DNA of 63,059 bases, the filler included. It is 6 parts of 6 records of this genome, joined end to end, with 100 filler letters (N's around TTAATTAATTAA, not from the genome) between each part and the next. Parts side by side here need not be neighbours in the genome. Positions count along the whole stretch, not along the records: positions 46,228 to 57,920 come from SRR31156797_47617; positions 58,021 to 63,059 come from SRR31156797_47792; 4 more parts are not named here. The stretch is one strand, 5' to 3'. This document shows positions 49,301 to 59,870 of this stretch, one piece after another. Position 1 is the first letter of the stretch; each line of letters starts with the position of its first letter. Made by a program: the position numbers and the translations under genes. The notes under the pieces were generated by a model. It ran no database searches and was not told where the DNA came from. It saw only the letters and a list, made by a program, of their open reading frames with translations.

Positions 49301-51929
49301 ATCCCTCCTCCGATCTGGTTTTCAAACAGAGGCAGACCAACCAGCCCCTGTATGATGTGGTCTACGGAGGCGGTCGGTTTGTGACCGCAGGAAACGCAGG
49401 CACCCTGATGGCCTCCCCGGACGGTATCCGGTGGGAAACCCGCCCGTCTGCCTCAAGCACAACACTGAAAGGCGTTACCTGGGGAAACGGCCGTTATGTG
49501 GCTGTCGGTGGGGACGGATCCATTGCCTACTCGGATGACGGACTGAACTGGCACACCAATGCCTGGGGGGACTACAATAGTAGGACTATAACGCGACCGC
49601 CCATGGAAACAACACCTTTGTCGCGCTCGGCAACAACGGTGTCGTGTGGACCAGCACGGACGGCGCGTCATGGACGAAGCAAGCCAGCGGGATCTCGGAG
49701 CACCTGTATGGTATCACTTACGGCCAGGGCACATTCCTGGCCGTTGGATCGTCGGGCCGGATAATCACCAGCCCCACCGGCACAAACTGGACGGTATGGA
49801 CATCCGGAACGGCAACCTTGAGGGATATCATCCATGCCGGAGATAAATTCGTGGTCTGCGGATACGGTGGAGTGGTCAAACATTCATCCGATGGCATCTC
49901 CTGGGAGGGGACGGAACTTCCTGGCTCGCCAGATTTGGAAGGGCTGACATACAGCGGCCAACGCTATGCGGCTGTCGCTTCCTCTTCCGGCAAAATCTAC
50001 ACGTCCCAGGATGCCATCAACTGGACCTTGAGAACGGATCAAAACCATGACTTTTACGGCATCGCCTACGGTGCCGGCCGGTTTGCGGCCGTGGGGACAT
50101 ACGGTCAAGTTTTTACCAGCACCGGCGGCATCAACTGGACCCAAGAGACATCCGCAACCAGCAACCATCTTTTGGGGATCACCCACGGAGACTGCGGGTT
50201 TGCGGCCGTGGGTGATTCCGGTGTCATCCAGACCTCAAGGGACGGCGTGGTCTGGACCCTGGTAACCTGCGGCACCGGGGAAATGCTCAAGGCCATTGCC
50301 TATGGGGCGGGCACCTACATTGCGGTCGGAACAAACGGGGCCATTGTCCGCTCCAATAATCTTACGGATTGGTCGGTCGCCTCTGCGGCCGGCGGTGTGA
50401 TCAATACGATCAGTTATGGTGAGAACGGGTTTATCGCATTTGGAAACGACGGCCGCTACTGGTACTCAACAGACCTGGGAGACTCCTGGTATTATGGCCG
50501 GCTTGATACCACCCGGGATATTTATGGGTCCGTGCAGGTTGGCAACACCGTCTATGGAGTGGGAGAAAACGGCCTGATCATCGATAATGGCAAGCCCATC
50601 GAGCAGGGACAATCCGGCCTCCCGATCCTTTTGACGCCGGGTTTGTCCCATGGACCGTTCTGGGGAAAGAAGCGAAGCAAACGCTATTTTAAGGTTGAGG
50701 TCCCGGCAAATACCACCAACATGATCTGGGGCATGTCCGGCGGTGCCGGGGACGCGGATCTATATGTCCGTTACGGCACCCTGCCGGATGATGAAAATTT
50801 TGACTGCCGGCCGTTCAACGGCGGCAGCAACTGCGGTCAAAAGTATATGGATGGCAAAACCATAGAACTCCTGGCAACTCCGGAGCCGGGATGGGAGTTC
50901 ACCGGCTGGGGAGGAGACTGCAGCGGCAAAGGCACATGCACCCTTGCCATGACGGGGGACAGAGCGGTGGCGGCTCACTTTAAAAAGCTGCCCTCAAACG
51001 CACCTCCCGTATGGACCGATATGGAACCCCAATCGATCAAGGCAGGAAAAACAATGGCATTGACGCTCAAGGCACTGAATCCCGAGGGTAACACGGTTTC
51101 CTACGGCCTGCACACCCCAGGGCCCGGTCTGGCCGGAAACCGTTTGAGCTGCCCCCCCTGCTCTTCCGATGTTGGCGTTCACACCATCAAAGTCTCTGCA
51201 AAAGACAAATTCAACGGACCGGTCTATCAGCTGATCACCCTCTATGTAGAGCCAAATACGAACCAGCCCCCCAGGATCTCTCCCATGGAGGCGATCATGG
51301 TCAGGCCGGGGAAACCCATCGGCTTTACCCTGACGGTTTCGGATCCGAATCCATCGGATACAATCCGTGTTACGGCTGTTTCAGGGCTGCCGGCCAACGC
51401 ATCCTTTACGAAGAATCGTTTCCAATGGACGCCGGCTGCAAATCAGCTGGGGAGCCATCCGATACGATTCAAGCCAAGTGACGGCAGATCAACGGCCTTC
51501 CGGACAGTCAGCATCATTGTCTCGGAAGAGAACCAGGCACCTGAATTCGCCCCAATAGGGGAACAATGTGTTTTGAGCAATACGAATTTGACCTTTCTGG
51601 TCACGGCAGTTGACCCTGAAGGTTCCCCGGTAACCATAACGGCTGCCGGATTACCGAACGGGGCGACGTTTGATGGGCATCAATTTTCCTGGACCCCTTC
51701 CGGCAGCGCCCCGGACCGGACCGTCACGTTCACGGCCTCAGACGGAAGTTTGAATGCCGCATTGGCCGTGCCGGTCAAAATCATAAAAGGCACCTGCGGG
51801 CAACCGGGTCAAGGCAACCAGGACAAATTACAGCGACAGTGCCTGGTGCTGCGGCCCGGCATGCACGGTTACGGGTCAACCCCGGCAATCATCAATCATC
51901 AAGCATCATGCCGTGGCTTGAATTATTGA
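46318..51929 (+). pseudogene. Fragmented giant surface-protein gene (Calx-beta, BNR/WD40-like propeller repeats, PPC, InlB-B/Flg_new-like, putative Ig domains)
   Basis: Signal peptide at 46318; stop/frameshift near 46620; AT-rich interruption about 46890-47280; in-frame TAA at 48487 with continuing homology; frameshift near 49590. Motifs: SATAGEDF, FVAVG..G.I.TS.DG..W (many copies), GDADLYVRYG, FTGWGGDCSG, LP.GATF...WTP. Confidence 0.75.
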
Positions 51930-51948
51930 TGGAAGAATAGAAAATAAA

Positions 51949-51972
51949 GGGCGCTTCCCCGGAAGCGTCCCC
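51949..51972. terminator. Hairpin between convergent genes
   Basis: GGGCGCTTCC-CC-GGAAGCGTCCC with an A-rich flank (U-tract on the minus strand). Confidence 0.5.
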
Positions 51973-53519
51973 TAATAGACGCCCCAGGAGCCCTCCTGGT
52001 AATAGCGCAAAAGTACGGGATCGGAAATCCGGTTTATTCTGATGGAATCAGCGTCTTTGGAATCAAACAACCCTTTTCCGAACTGAACCATGGAGACCAT
52101 GGCGTCGTGGTTGAGGAACCGGGTCTCGATATCATCAAATTCAAGGGAAGATGCCGCCTTTTTGAGCTGCTCCCGGGTGGTGTCGCCCTTCCGCGTGCCA
52201 AGGACCCAGCCCCACTCCCCAAGGGTCGGTACCTGGTTGTGAAAGGGAAGCGTGGTAAACCCTGCCGCATCCATGGTCTTTAAGATACACAGGTAGGCTT
52301 TTCGTGCGAAAAAGGGACTCGAGGCCTGGGTCACCACCACCCCTCCCCTGGCCAGCCGCTTTGAAAGGTCCGTATAGAACCCCTTGGAGTAAAGATGCAT
52401 CAGATCCATGGAATCCGGATCCGGCAGATCGATGAGGATCACGTTGTAGAGGGTGTCGTCCCGGTCGAGGAAGGAGGAGGCATCCATGTTCAACACAGTA
52501 ACCCGGGGATCGTTCATGGAACCCTCGTTAATAGAGGTAAACAAAGGATGACTTTTCGCAAGACCGGTCATCACGGTATCGATATCCACAAGGGTGATGC
52601 TCTCGACCCCCTTGTGTTTCAGCACCTCCCGCACGGCCAGGCCGTCGCCGCCGCCCAGGATCAGCACCCGGGAAGGATCGGAACAAAGCTTCAGGGCGGG
52701 ATGGACCAAAGGCTCGTGGTAGCGTTCCTCATCATAGGTGGAGAACTGCTCGTCCCCGTTGATGTAGAGCCAGTACCAATCCTTCCACCGGGTCATGACG
52801 ATCTTCTGGAACTGTGTCTGCCGGGTCAGGACCACCAGGTCCTTGTACTTTTTCTGTTCCCCGTACCGCACAATGGGTTTGACCGTGACGGCCAGGGTCC
52901 CCAGCAGCACCAGGACAATGACAAAAAGAATCCCCACCGGCCGTTTGGCCGCCACAAGTCCCCTGAATCTCAGAAAAAGGAACGCGGCCACGGCAAAGTT
53001 GATGCTGCCGAGGACGAGGGGGGTATAGGTCAGCCCCAGAAAGGGCAGGAGCACAAAAGCAAACAGGAGCCCCCCGAGAAGGGATCCGAAATAGTCCATC
53101 TCCATCACCGCCGAGATGTTGGATCGAAGCTCCTGGTACTGGCTGTTGATGCGGGTGGCAAGGGGGATCTCCATGCCGATGAAAAGCCCGACCACAAGGG
53201 CCAGGGAGTAAATGATGAAGATCCGGGCCTCGGTATAGGCGGCAAACCCGAACACGATGGCGCCGGATGCGGCGCAAAAGAGGGAAAGGCTGAACTCGAT
53301 GAGGATGAAGCTGTCCAGGAGGTTTTTCCTGAAATTCCTGCTGACCCGGCTGCCCAGGCCCATGGAGAAAAGCATCATGGACATGACAATGGACCACTGG
53401 AATATGGCGTTGCCAAGGAGATAGGTGGCAAGTGTGGAGAGTACGTACTCGGCAACGATGCCTGAGCAGCCCGTTGCAAACATTGCCACCTGAAGGGTTC
53501 TGGTATGTCCGGTTGTCAC
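51972..53519 (-). CDS. speE: Membrane-bound polyamine aminopropyltransferase (spermidine synthase with N-terminal TM domain)
   Basis: FSMGLGS, GMEIPL, DYFGSL.GG, DEERYHEPLVHP, LGGGDGLAVRE, IDLPDP, GEWG. Confidence 0.9.
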   Translation of the reverse strand: MTTGHTRTLQVAMFATGCSGIVAEYVLSTLATYLLGNAIFQWSIVMSMMLFSMGLGSRVSRNFRKNLLDSFILIEFSLSLFCAASGAIVFGFAAYTEARIFIIYSLALVVGLFIGMEIPLATRINSQYQELRSNISAVMEMDYFGSLLGGLLFAFVLLPFLGLTYTPLVLGSINFAVAAFLFLRFRGLVAAKRPVGILFVIVLVLLGTLAVTVKPIVRYGEQKKYKDLVVLTRQTQFQKIVMTRWKDWYWLYINGDEQFSTYDEERYHEPLVHPALKLCSDPSRVLILGGGDGLAVREVLKHKGVESITLVDIDTVMTGLAKSHPLFTSINEGSMNDPRVTVLNMDASSFLDRDDTLYNVILIDLPDPDSMDLMHLYSKGFYTDLSKRLARGGVVVTQASSPFFARKAYLCILKTMDAAGFTTLPFHNQVPTLGEWGWVLGTRKGDTTREQLKKAASSLEFDDIETRFLNHDAMVSMVQFGKGLFDSKDADSIRINRISDPVLLRYYQEGSWGVY

Positions 53520-53536
53520 GGTTGGGCCTTTTCTGA

Positions 53537-54406
53537 TCAGATGCACCAGTAGATGATGAACGCCCCGGCAATGTAGGAAAAAGCTTCCACATAGGCGGCG
53601 CCCACATTGGGCCCCCGCTTCTCCCTGGACTTGTCCGGACGAAGCCCGATGATCTCATCGGAAAGCTTCACCCCGGGAAGGAGAAGCTTGTCGGTAAGAA
53701 GCCGCAGGAACGGAAGAGAGACAAGGCCGATGCCGGCATAGGCCACAAAGGCGGGGATATTCTCCCGCCAGGAGGTGAAATCCCCCTCGGCGGCAAGTCC
53801 CACCACGATGCCCAGGGCGACCAGGGCCCCGGCAAAGGCGATACCGGCGGCCACATTGTCCTTTTCGATCTCCTTGTGAACGTTAAAAGGCGTGATGAGG
53901 TTGTAGACCAGGGCCGCAGCCACCAGGAGCACCTGGCCGAGGCCCCAGAACCCCATGGCGGTCCAGACCGTGCCGCCGCTGCCGGAGACGGATCCGAAGA
54001 TCACGAATCCCGAGGCCACAAGCACCCCGAAGATAACGGCGCCGGTCCCCTGGTTCCTGTCCCGCAGCAACTCGTCCCTGACGTTGAACCTGTACAGGAT
54101 GACCCACTCGCAGAGAAAGGAGGAGATGTTCAAAAGAACAATGCTCAAGACGCCGTAGATAAGAATATCCATGACATCAGCGGCAAGCCCGACCGAGGGT
54201 CCCACAACGGCGGCGCCGATGGCGAGGACAAGCCCGGCATAGTAGCCGGTAACGGCAAGGCTGACAGCGGGATTGTCGTTCACGACCATCTCTTTGTTGA
54301 GATCATATTCCCTGTGCAGCAGGTTGTAGACCAGCTTGCCAACGGCAAAGAGAAGAAAAAATAGGGCTATATAGATGAGACCGATCAAGAGATCATCAAT
54401 AGTCAT
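53537..54406 (-). CDS. DUF350 domain membrane protein (tandem DUF350)
   Basis: DNPAV, RNQGTG, TPFNVHKEIEKDNVAAG, NVGAA motifs; next to speE. Confidence 0.85.
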   Translation of the reverse strand: MTIDDLLIGLIYIALFFLLFAVGKLVYNLLHREYDLNKEMVVNDNPAVSLAVTGYYAGLVLAIGAAVVGPSVGLAADVMDILIYGVLSIVLLNISSFLCEWVILYRFNVRDELLRDRNQGTGAVIFGVLVASGFVIFGSVSGSGGTVWTAMGFWGLGQVLLVAAALVYNLITPFNVHKEIEKDNVAAGIAFAGALVALGIVVGLAAEGDFTSWRENIPAFVAYAGIGLVSLPFLRLLTDKLLLPGVKLSDEIIGLRPDKSREKRGPNVGAAYVEAFSYIAGAFIIYWCI

Positions 54407-55134
54407 TTCCCGGATCCTCCGGACCTGCTCCTGAAACCTGTTTTTGTTCTGCCCACCCGTTTGGATGCCTTTGCCTTAAACGAACTCTTACCCGCATTCA
54501 CCCCGGCCATGCGGCGGGCGTAGAACCCGGGACGTTTGGTCTTCACGATCTTGCCGGAAGAACCGAACTCCTGGTTTCGGCCGAAGAAAGGCTGGTTCCT
54601 GGAGCGGTGCGTTCTGTACATGGAGTAGTCACTGCGGTAGACCGGGTGGTACCACCCCCCGAACAGGCTTGTGAAGAAGGCGTACTTTCCGTAAAACTCC
54701 CAGAACGATCCCCCCTGGGAATCCTCCCGCCACCGCCCGTACTCGGGATCTCCCACAAAATTATACCCCGGCGGCGACACCTGGGTGTCCGGCACTCCAT
54801 CCTTTTGGGAGAAAAGGGCCATGCCGAGGAATCCCTGGGTCTGGTTGAAATAGGATTCGGGCACCTTGAGCCAGTCGGTCTTGTGGGATCCGTCCGGCTG
54901 AACCACCAGGTATTTGTGGTAATAGGTTTTAGAGAAGGTGCCCTCCTGCTTCATATCCTCCAGGAGAATTGAATAGGTAGGCTCCCCAGCCAGGCCGGCC
55001 TTGACCCTGTTCAAGGCGAGTCCCTCGGGGGAACCGCCTCCGCAGGCGCCGACGACAAAAGCCGTGAGCAGACACAGGGCCGCGACCAGGATTTTTTTCA
55101 CAACCTGATATTGATGATGATTATAAGCTTGCAT
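54403..55134 (-). CDS. Conserved lipoprotein with Arg/Gly/Ser-rich C-terminal tail
   Basis: Lipobox VVGAC; PPGYNFVG.PEYG.W...GGSFWEFYGKYA; tail RSRSGGSGK. Confidence 0.75.
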   Translation of the reverse strand: MQAYNHHQYQVVKKILVAALCLLTAFVVGACGGGSPEGLALNRVKAGLAGEPTYSILLEDMKQEGTFSKTYYHKYLVVQPDGSHKTDWLKVPESYFNQTQGFLGMALFSQKDGVPDTQVSPPGYNFVGDPEYGRWREDSQGGSFWEFYGKYAFFTSLFGGWYHPVYRSDYSMYRTHRSRNQPFFGRNQEFGSSGKIVKTKRPGFYARRMAGVNAGKSSFKAKASKRVGRTKTGFRSRSGGSGK

Positions 55135-55178
55135 AGTCCTGCTTTAGCACAAAGGGTTCGATACGGGCAAGGCTTATC

Positions 55179-56159
55179 TTATCCTGAAAAAATCACAGAC
55201 ACCTGGGCCCGCCGTTCAAGGAGCTTTCGCTTCTGGGACTTCTTGGCATGGAACCGGTGTTCCCCGGTGCTTGATATTTTGAAAACCGAGGGTTTGAGAC
55301 CGTTCTTCACCAGTTCATGGACGATGTTGGCGGCCCGGGTCGCACCGAGCTCGAAGTTGGACGGATATTTGGCCGTATGAATCGGATCGGTGTCGGCGAA
55401 CCCGTCTACCATGACGCGAACGTCATAGGGTTTTAGAAACCTTGCGAGCTTTCTAAGGAACGTCTTGTACTCCTTGACAAGATTGGCCTTTCCTGATGCA
55501 AACAGGATGGGAAGCTGGTTCTCGATCCGCACACAGGAACCGTCACCAATCACCTGGACCCAGTCCTGGAGGCCGGCTTTCCTGACCGCTCTTTTCAAAT
55601 CCTCGATCCCGACCTGTGTCCCCGCCGCTGTCCCGGGAAGGCCGGTCTCCCGGATAATGGCAGGCTTCGCTTTGGGGGCGGGCGCTTCAACATGCTTCCG
55701 GGGAACTGCTTTGACCCCTTCATCCCCGGCAAGGGGCTTTGCCTGCTCAACTTTGGCAAGGGCCCTTGTCTCCTGCTCAAGCCTGGCATCGAGACGATTG
55801 AGAGTCCCCCCATACTCTGTGGCCAGGGCGGCAAGGCGAGCCCGTTCCTTGGCCACAGAGGCCAGGGTGCTCTTCTTGAGCTTCATGGACCGGTTCATTT
55901 CAGGGGGAATCATTTTTCCGTAGTCGACCAACCGCTTGATCTTCAGATCGAGCCAGTCAATCTCAGCCTGGATCGACGCCATCTGCTCGTCCAGTTCCCC
56001 AATTTTCCTGTCGTTGAGTTCGACCATCAGGGCCAACTCGTCCCTGCCGTATACGGTATCGAGACCGGCCGCAAAAAGGGACGGCACCACGAGGGTCAAC
56101 CCGATTAACACCACTACGAAACCAACCAAACCACGCCCCCACGGGCAGACATGTTTCAT
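55179..56159 (-). CDS. OmpA/MotB-family peptidoglycan-binding protein with N-terminal coiled coil
   Basis: ILFASGKA, DGFADTDPI, SNFELGATRA, RRAQV; RBS GGAGG. Confidence 0.88.
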   Translation of the reverse strand: MKHVCPWGRGLVGFVVVLIGLTLVVPSLFAAGLDTVYGRDELALMVELNDRKIGELDEQMASIQAEIDWLDLKIKRLVDYGKMIPPEMNRSMKLKKSTLASVAKERARLAALATEYGGTLNRLDARLEQETRALAKVEQAKPLAGDEGVKAVPRKHVEAPAPKAKPAIIRETGLPGTAAGTQVGIEDLKRAVRKAGLQDWVQVIGDGSCVRIENQLPILFASGKANLVKEYKTFLRKLARFLKPYDVRVMVDGFADTDPIHTAKYPSNFELGATRAANIVHELVKNGLKPSVFKISSTGEHRFHAKKSQKRKLLERRAQVSVIFSG

Positions 56160-56181
56160 GACAACCTCCACAATGGCGTTA

Positions 56182-56706
56182 CTATTTTACGGATGATCCA
56201 GGACTGACGACCCTATGACTTGAAGCCGTTCTCACCGGCTTAACCTCGGTGTCGATCCCCACAGGCCACCAGACCATTCCTTTTTTGGCAAAATTGACCC
56301 GAAGCCGCATGCGGGCCTCGGTGATGCCGTAATCCACGCGCTTGAGATCCATCACCTCGGTCCCCCTGAGCCAGGACTGGGTATGGAGCTGAATCGCCTC
56401 ATAGTTAACCGTACCGCCGCCGGCCTTCATCTGGGCATCCACATACACGCCCCTGAGCTTTTCCACCAGCTGCCGGTAACCGTCGGCCACGGCCGCACGT
56501 TCGGCCATCAGCACGGCCTGCCCCCGGGTCAGGGCCCCTTCGGGTTCAAGCCCCTTTCCCACGACATAAAAGGTAACAATCTTCTTTGAGCCGTCGCCTC
56601 CGTCCTGGGTGCCCAGAACATTGCCCGTGGTTCCCTTGGTTCCGCACCCGGATAGCACCAGAACGGTTGCCGTAAGCCCCAATAACGCCATAAATAATCT
56701 CTTCAT
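56182..56706 (-). CDS. LPP20/FlgP-like lipoprotein
   Basis: Lipobox LSGC; G.G...LMAERAAVADGYRQLVE.LRGV.VD. Confidence 0.8.
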   Translation of the reverse strand: MKRLFMALLGLTATVLVLSGCGTKGTTGNVLGTQDGGDGSKKIVTFYVVGKGLEPEGALTRGQAVLMAERAAVADGYRQLVEKLRGVYVDAQMKAGGGTVNYEAIQLHTQSWLRGTEVMDLKRVDYGITEARMRLRVNFAKKGMVWWPVGIDTEVKPVRTASSHRVVSPGSSVK

Positions 56707-56912
56707 TTTTTCCACCCTTGCAGATGGGAGACAGATGTTGGATCTGTCCCCTTGATTAATGATCAAAAACCCGTGGACCAACCTGAAATGAAATGCTAAA
56801 GATTGATTCCTGCTGATAATTCATGATATTGTCTAGCATCGTCACCATGTGCGACTAACTTTAATTGAAACTTTGCTCTGAACTCAATAAAAAGATCACA
56901 AATACAATAAAC

Positions 56913-57482
56913 ATGCCAGCGATTGCAAAAATAAATACTGTTTTTATTATCCTCACCGGCCTGCTGCTGGCCCACCCCCTGCTGCCCGCGGCATCCGGCG
57001 CAAACCAGGGAATCAGGCTCTACTACCTGAGATACGACATTAAATCGTCCAACAACAGGGTCGTGGACACCAAACTCCTCATGGTCCCGGCAGATAACGA
57101 CTTCAGGGCGGAAAATTTTACCACCATAGCCACAAGGGGATCGGTAACCGCGGTTCCGGGGGATTCCACCCGGGAACGCCTTGATCGCGCAAAGGAAAAC
57201 GCCCTGAAGCTGCTCCTGGAGGAGAACGGTTTGAGATCCGTTTCATCCGCTTCATCGGTGTTTTCCGGCAAAACAGCCGGCATCGATACGGTGGTGAGCT
57301 ATGAGGGGGCCGTGATCCCCCCCATGGAACCCCTTTCCACCAGTTACGATCCCCAGACCCAGTGTTTTTCCGCTGTTTTCAACGCCCGGTTCACTCCCCT
57401 GGCGTTTCCGGACAGATGGAAACTGCTTCAATTAAAAACAAAGATAAAACAAGCGTTACAGGGTTTTATATCCTTTTTTTAA
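56913..57482 (+). CDS. Hypothetical exported protein
   Basis: ORF with a hydrophobic N-terminus; ATG 56913 or TTG 56865. Confidence 0.6.
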   Translation: MPAIAKINTVFIILTGLLLAHPLLPAASGANQGIRLYYLRYDIKSSNNRVVDTKLLMVPADNDFRAENFTTIATRGSVTAVPGDSTRERLDRAKENALKLLLEENGLRSVSSASSVFSGKTAGIDTVVSYEGAVIPPMEPLSTSYDPQTQCFSAVFNARFTPLAFPDRWKLLQLKTKIKQALQGFISFF

Positions 57483-57508
57483 CTTAAATAACAGAAACAA
57501 GGTTCACC

Positions 57509-57920
57509 ATGAATAAGAAAGAGATCGAAAAACTGAAAAAACAGCTTTCCAAGAAAGACCGGCTGGTCTGGGACGAACTCTCGGCAACCGCCACCAAAGA
57601 GGCGATGGGCCTGGCCGAGGATTATAAAACGTTTCTTGACCGATCAAAGACCGAACGGGAGGCCGCAAGGGAGATCATCGCCCGGGCCGAGAAAAATGGA
57701 TTTGTCAGCATTGAAACCGCCCTCAAAAAGGGATCGGCCAAGCCCCACCAAAAGATCTACGCCCTGACCAAGGAGAGATGCGTTGCCATGGCCGTACTGG
57801 GAAAGGATCCCATTGTGGACGGCATCAACCTCATCGCCTCCCACATCGATTCCCCGCGCCTCGATCTCAAGCAGAACCCGGTGTATGAGGATACCGACCT
57901 TGCCATGCTGAAGACCCACT
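57509..57920 (+). CDS. M18 family aminopeptidase (3' truncated)
   Basis: YKTFLDRSKTERE, GF, SHIDSPRLDLKQNP. Confidence 0.9.
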
Positions 57921-58020
57921 NNNNNNNNNNNNNNNNNNNNNNNNNNNNNNNNNNNNNNNNNNNNTTAATTAATTAANNNNNNNNNNNNNNNNNNNNNNNN
58001 NNNNNNNNNNNNNNNNNNNN
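57921..58020. other. Artificial contig spacer
   Basis: N-run with TTAATTAATTAA. Confidence 0.99.
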
Positions 58021-58048
58021 CATATTCGGCTCCGCCGAAAATGACCTG

Positions 58049-58089
58049 AAAAAAACAATAGTCGCTTCCCTAACGGCCAGGGAAGCGAC
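58049..58089 (-). terminator. Rho-independent terminator after rplS
   Basis: GTCGCTTCCCT-GGCCGTT-AGGGAAGCGAC followed by TATTGTTTTTTT on the minus strand. Confidence 0.85.
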
Positions 58090-58115
58090 TTATTCAAACC
58101 CATATCCGTTTTTAA

Positions 58116-58463
58116 TTAGCGCAGGTTCTTATTTTTAATCCTGGCTGCTTTACCGTGGCGTGAGCGGAGGTAATACAACCTGGAACGGCGAACCTTACCC
58201 TGGGTAATGATTTCTATTTTATCAATCAGCGGGGAGTTAGTAGGGAATATACGTTCTACTCCAATACCATAGGAGACTTTGCGCACAGTAAAAGTTGCAT
58301 TGGTGAGGCCCTTGCGTTTGCGAATAACCGCACCTTTGAAGACCTGAACTCTTTCTTTGTCGCCCTCTTTGATACGGACGTGAACAGCCACCGTATCTCC
58401 AACCTTGAAATCGGGCAGGTCGGTCCTCAATTGCTCGTGATCGAGCATCTTCATGGCATCCAT
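58116..58463 (-). CDS. rplS: 50S ribosomal protein L19
   Basis: [56 protein letters not shown] before ATG 58463. Confidence 0.98.
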   Translation of the reverse strand: MDAMKMLDHEQLRTDLPDFKVGDTVAVHVRIKEGDKERVQVFKGAVIRKRKGLTNATFTVRKVSYGIGVERIFPTNSPLIDKIEIITQGKVRRSRLYYLRSRHGKAARIKNKNLR

Positions 58464-58483
58464 GTTTCTATCCTCCATAAAAT

Positions 58484-59065
58484 CTATCTCCATCCTAAAA
58501 GCCGGTCAACAATTATCCCTGCAGCGGCTCTTACGGATAGATGATTATATTCAGTCGGTCCTTTTATCGACTCTAATATCAAATCACATTCGGCCAGTGC
58601 TTCATCAGTCAGGCCCCAAGCCGTTCCGAAGACAAGAAGAACCGGCCCATCGTTATCAAGTCGGCTTCTCAGTTCTTCATATTTAACCAGTTGCGGCCAA
58701 GTCCGCCCGCTTCCTCTAGGACCTTCGGCCGCGCTTGTTCCAATTATACTCGGAACGATTCCCGAATTTTTTTCAATTTCCTCGGAGGCGTCTCTCAATG
58801 TTCGGGCGGTTCGAACCAGAGCCAGGGCTTCCGCTCTATTTGCATTATACTCAAAGCCCCATCCATGCCTCCAGTGGGCGATCATTTCATCGGCTAACGC
58901 TTTCTGATCATCCAGAGGCGTGACCAGGTAAAAGCCGCCCAGGCCGTAAGTAGCGGCCAGTCGGGCAAAGTCATGCAAATCTATTGTCGTCAATGCCGAG
59001 GTTATCACATCCCGATTTTTGTTATAGACCGGATAGTGAACCAAAGCAATATAAACAATCGCCAA
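58484..59065 (-). CDS. SPOUT-class RNA methyltransferase (TrmD C-terminal-like, Methyltrn_RNA_4)
   Basis: [37 protein letters not shown]. Confidence 0.9.
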   Translation of the reverse strand: MAIVYIALVHYPVYNKNRDVITSALTTIDLHDFARLAATYGLGGFYLVTPLDDQKALADEMIAHWRHGWGFEYNANRAEALALVRTARTLRDASEEIEKNSGIVPSIIGTSAAEGPRGSGRTWPQLVKYEELRSRLDNDGPVLLVFGTAWGLTDEALAECDLILESIKGPTEYNHLSVRAAAGIIVDRLLGWR

Positions 59066-59094
59066 GATTAAACCTCAATTCCAAGAAAATCAAG

Positions 59095-59838
59095 CTATTT
59101 CTCTTTGTTTTTCAATTTATTTAGCGTCTCGGCCATTTCCTTGGTCAGCTCCGCGCGCTCTAGCATTTCTGGACGTCTTTTTAGGGTTCTTTTTATCGAT
59201 TCCTCGAGACGCCAGGCCCTTATGGCGGCATGATCACCGGAAAGTAAAACATCCGGCACAGCTATATCCTGAAACACCCTCGGCCTGGTATATTGAGGAT
59301 ACTCAAGCAGTCCGTTTCGAAACGTCTCCTCTTCAGTGGATTCCATTTTGCCGAGAACTCCGGGCAACAACCGGGTAACCGCTTCCATAACGACCATAGC
59401 CGGAATTTCTCCACCTGAAAGAACATAATCGCCCACCGAGATTTCTTCATCAACCAGGATGCGACTGATTCTGTCGTCAACTCCTTCATATCGTCCGCAA
59501 ACAAGGACCAAGTGGTCCAGTTCAGCCAATTTTTCGACCCTGGCCTGAGTCAAAGGTCGACCGGAGGGAGTCAGCAGCACAACATGGGATTCTTCCGGGT
59601 TTTCTCTACCGGCCAGAGCATGCTTTATGGCGCCGGCCACGGGTTCGGGCTTAAGCACCATTCCGGGGCCGCCGCCAAAGGGTCGGTCGTCAGCGGTCCG
59701 ATGGCGGTCGACTGTAAAATCCCTTATGTCAATAACGCCTACTTCGAAAGCCTTGCTTTCAAGTGCTTTCCCTATCAGGCTTTCCTGTAGAAAAGAATCA
59801 AATAAGGAGGGGAAAAGGGTAATCAGATCAAACCGCAT
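59095..59838 (-). CDS. trmD: tRNA (guanine37-N1)-methyltransferase
   Basis: DDRPFGGGPGM, CGRYEGVD, SVGDYVLSGGE, LEYPQYTRP. Confidence 0.98.
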   Translation of the reverse strand: MRFDLITLFPSLFDSFLQESLIGKALESKAFEVGVIDIRDFTVDRHRTADDRPFGGGPGMVLKPEPVAGAIKHALAGRENPEESHVVLLTPSGRPLTQARVEKLAELDHLVLVCGRYEGVDDRISRILVDEEISVGDYVLSGGEIPAMVVMEAVTRLLPGVLGKMESTEEETFRNGLLEYPQYTRPRVFQDIAVPDVLLSGDHAAIRAWRLEESIKRTLKRRPEMLERAELTKEMAETLNKLKNKEK

Positions 59839-59870
59839 ATTTTTACTTATAAGGCTGATAAGAAATTTTA

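Noticed and set aside
48300-50590. Periodic repeats resembling an array
   Set aside because: They are coding beta-propeller repeats (AVG..G....S.DG..W), not CRISPR; I saw no CRISPR array, tRNA or rRNA anywhere in the window.
16106-58020. TTAATTAATTAA motif repeated five times within N-runs
   Set aside because: Artificial six-frame-stop contig linker. ORF ends reading XXX/LIN are artefacts.
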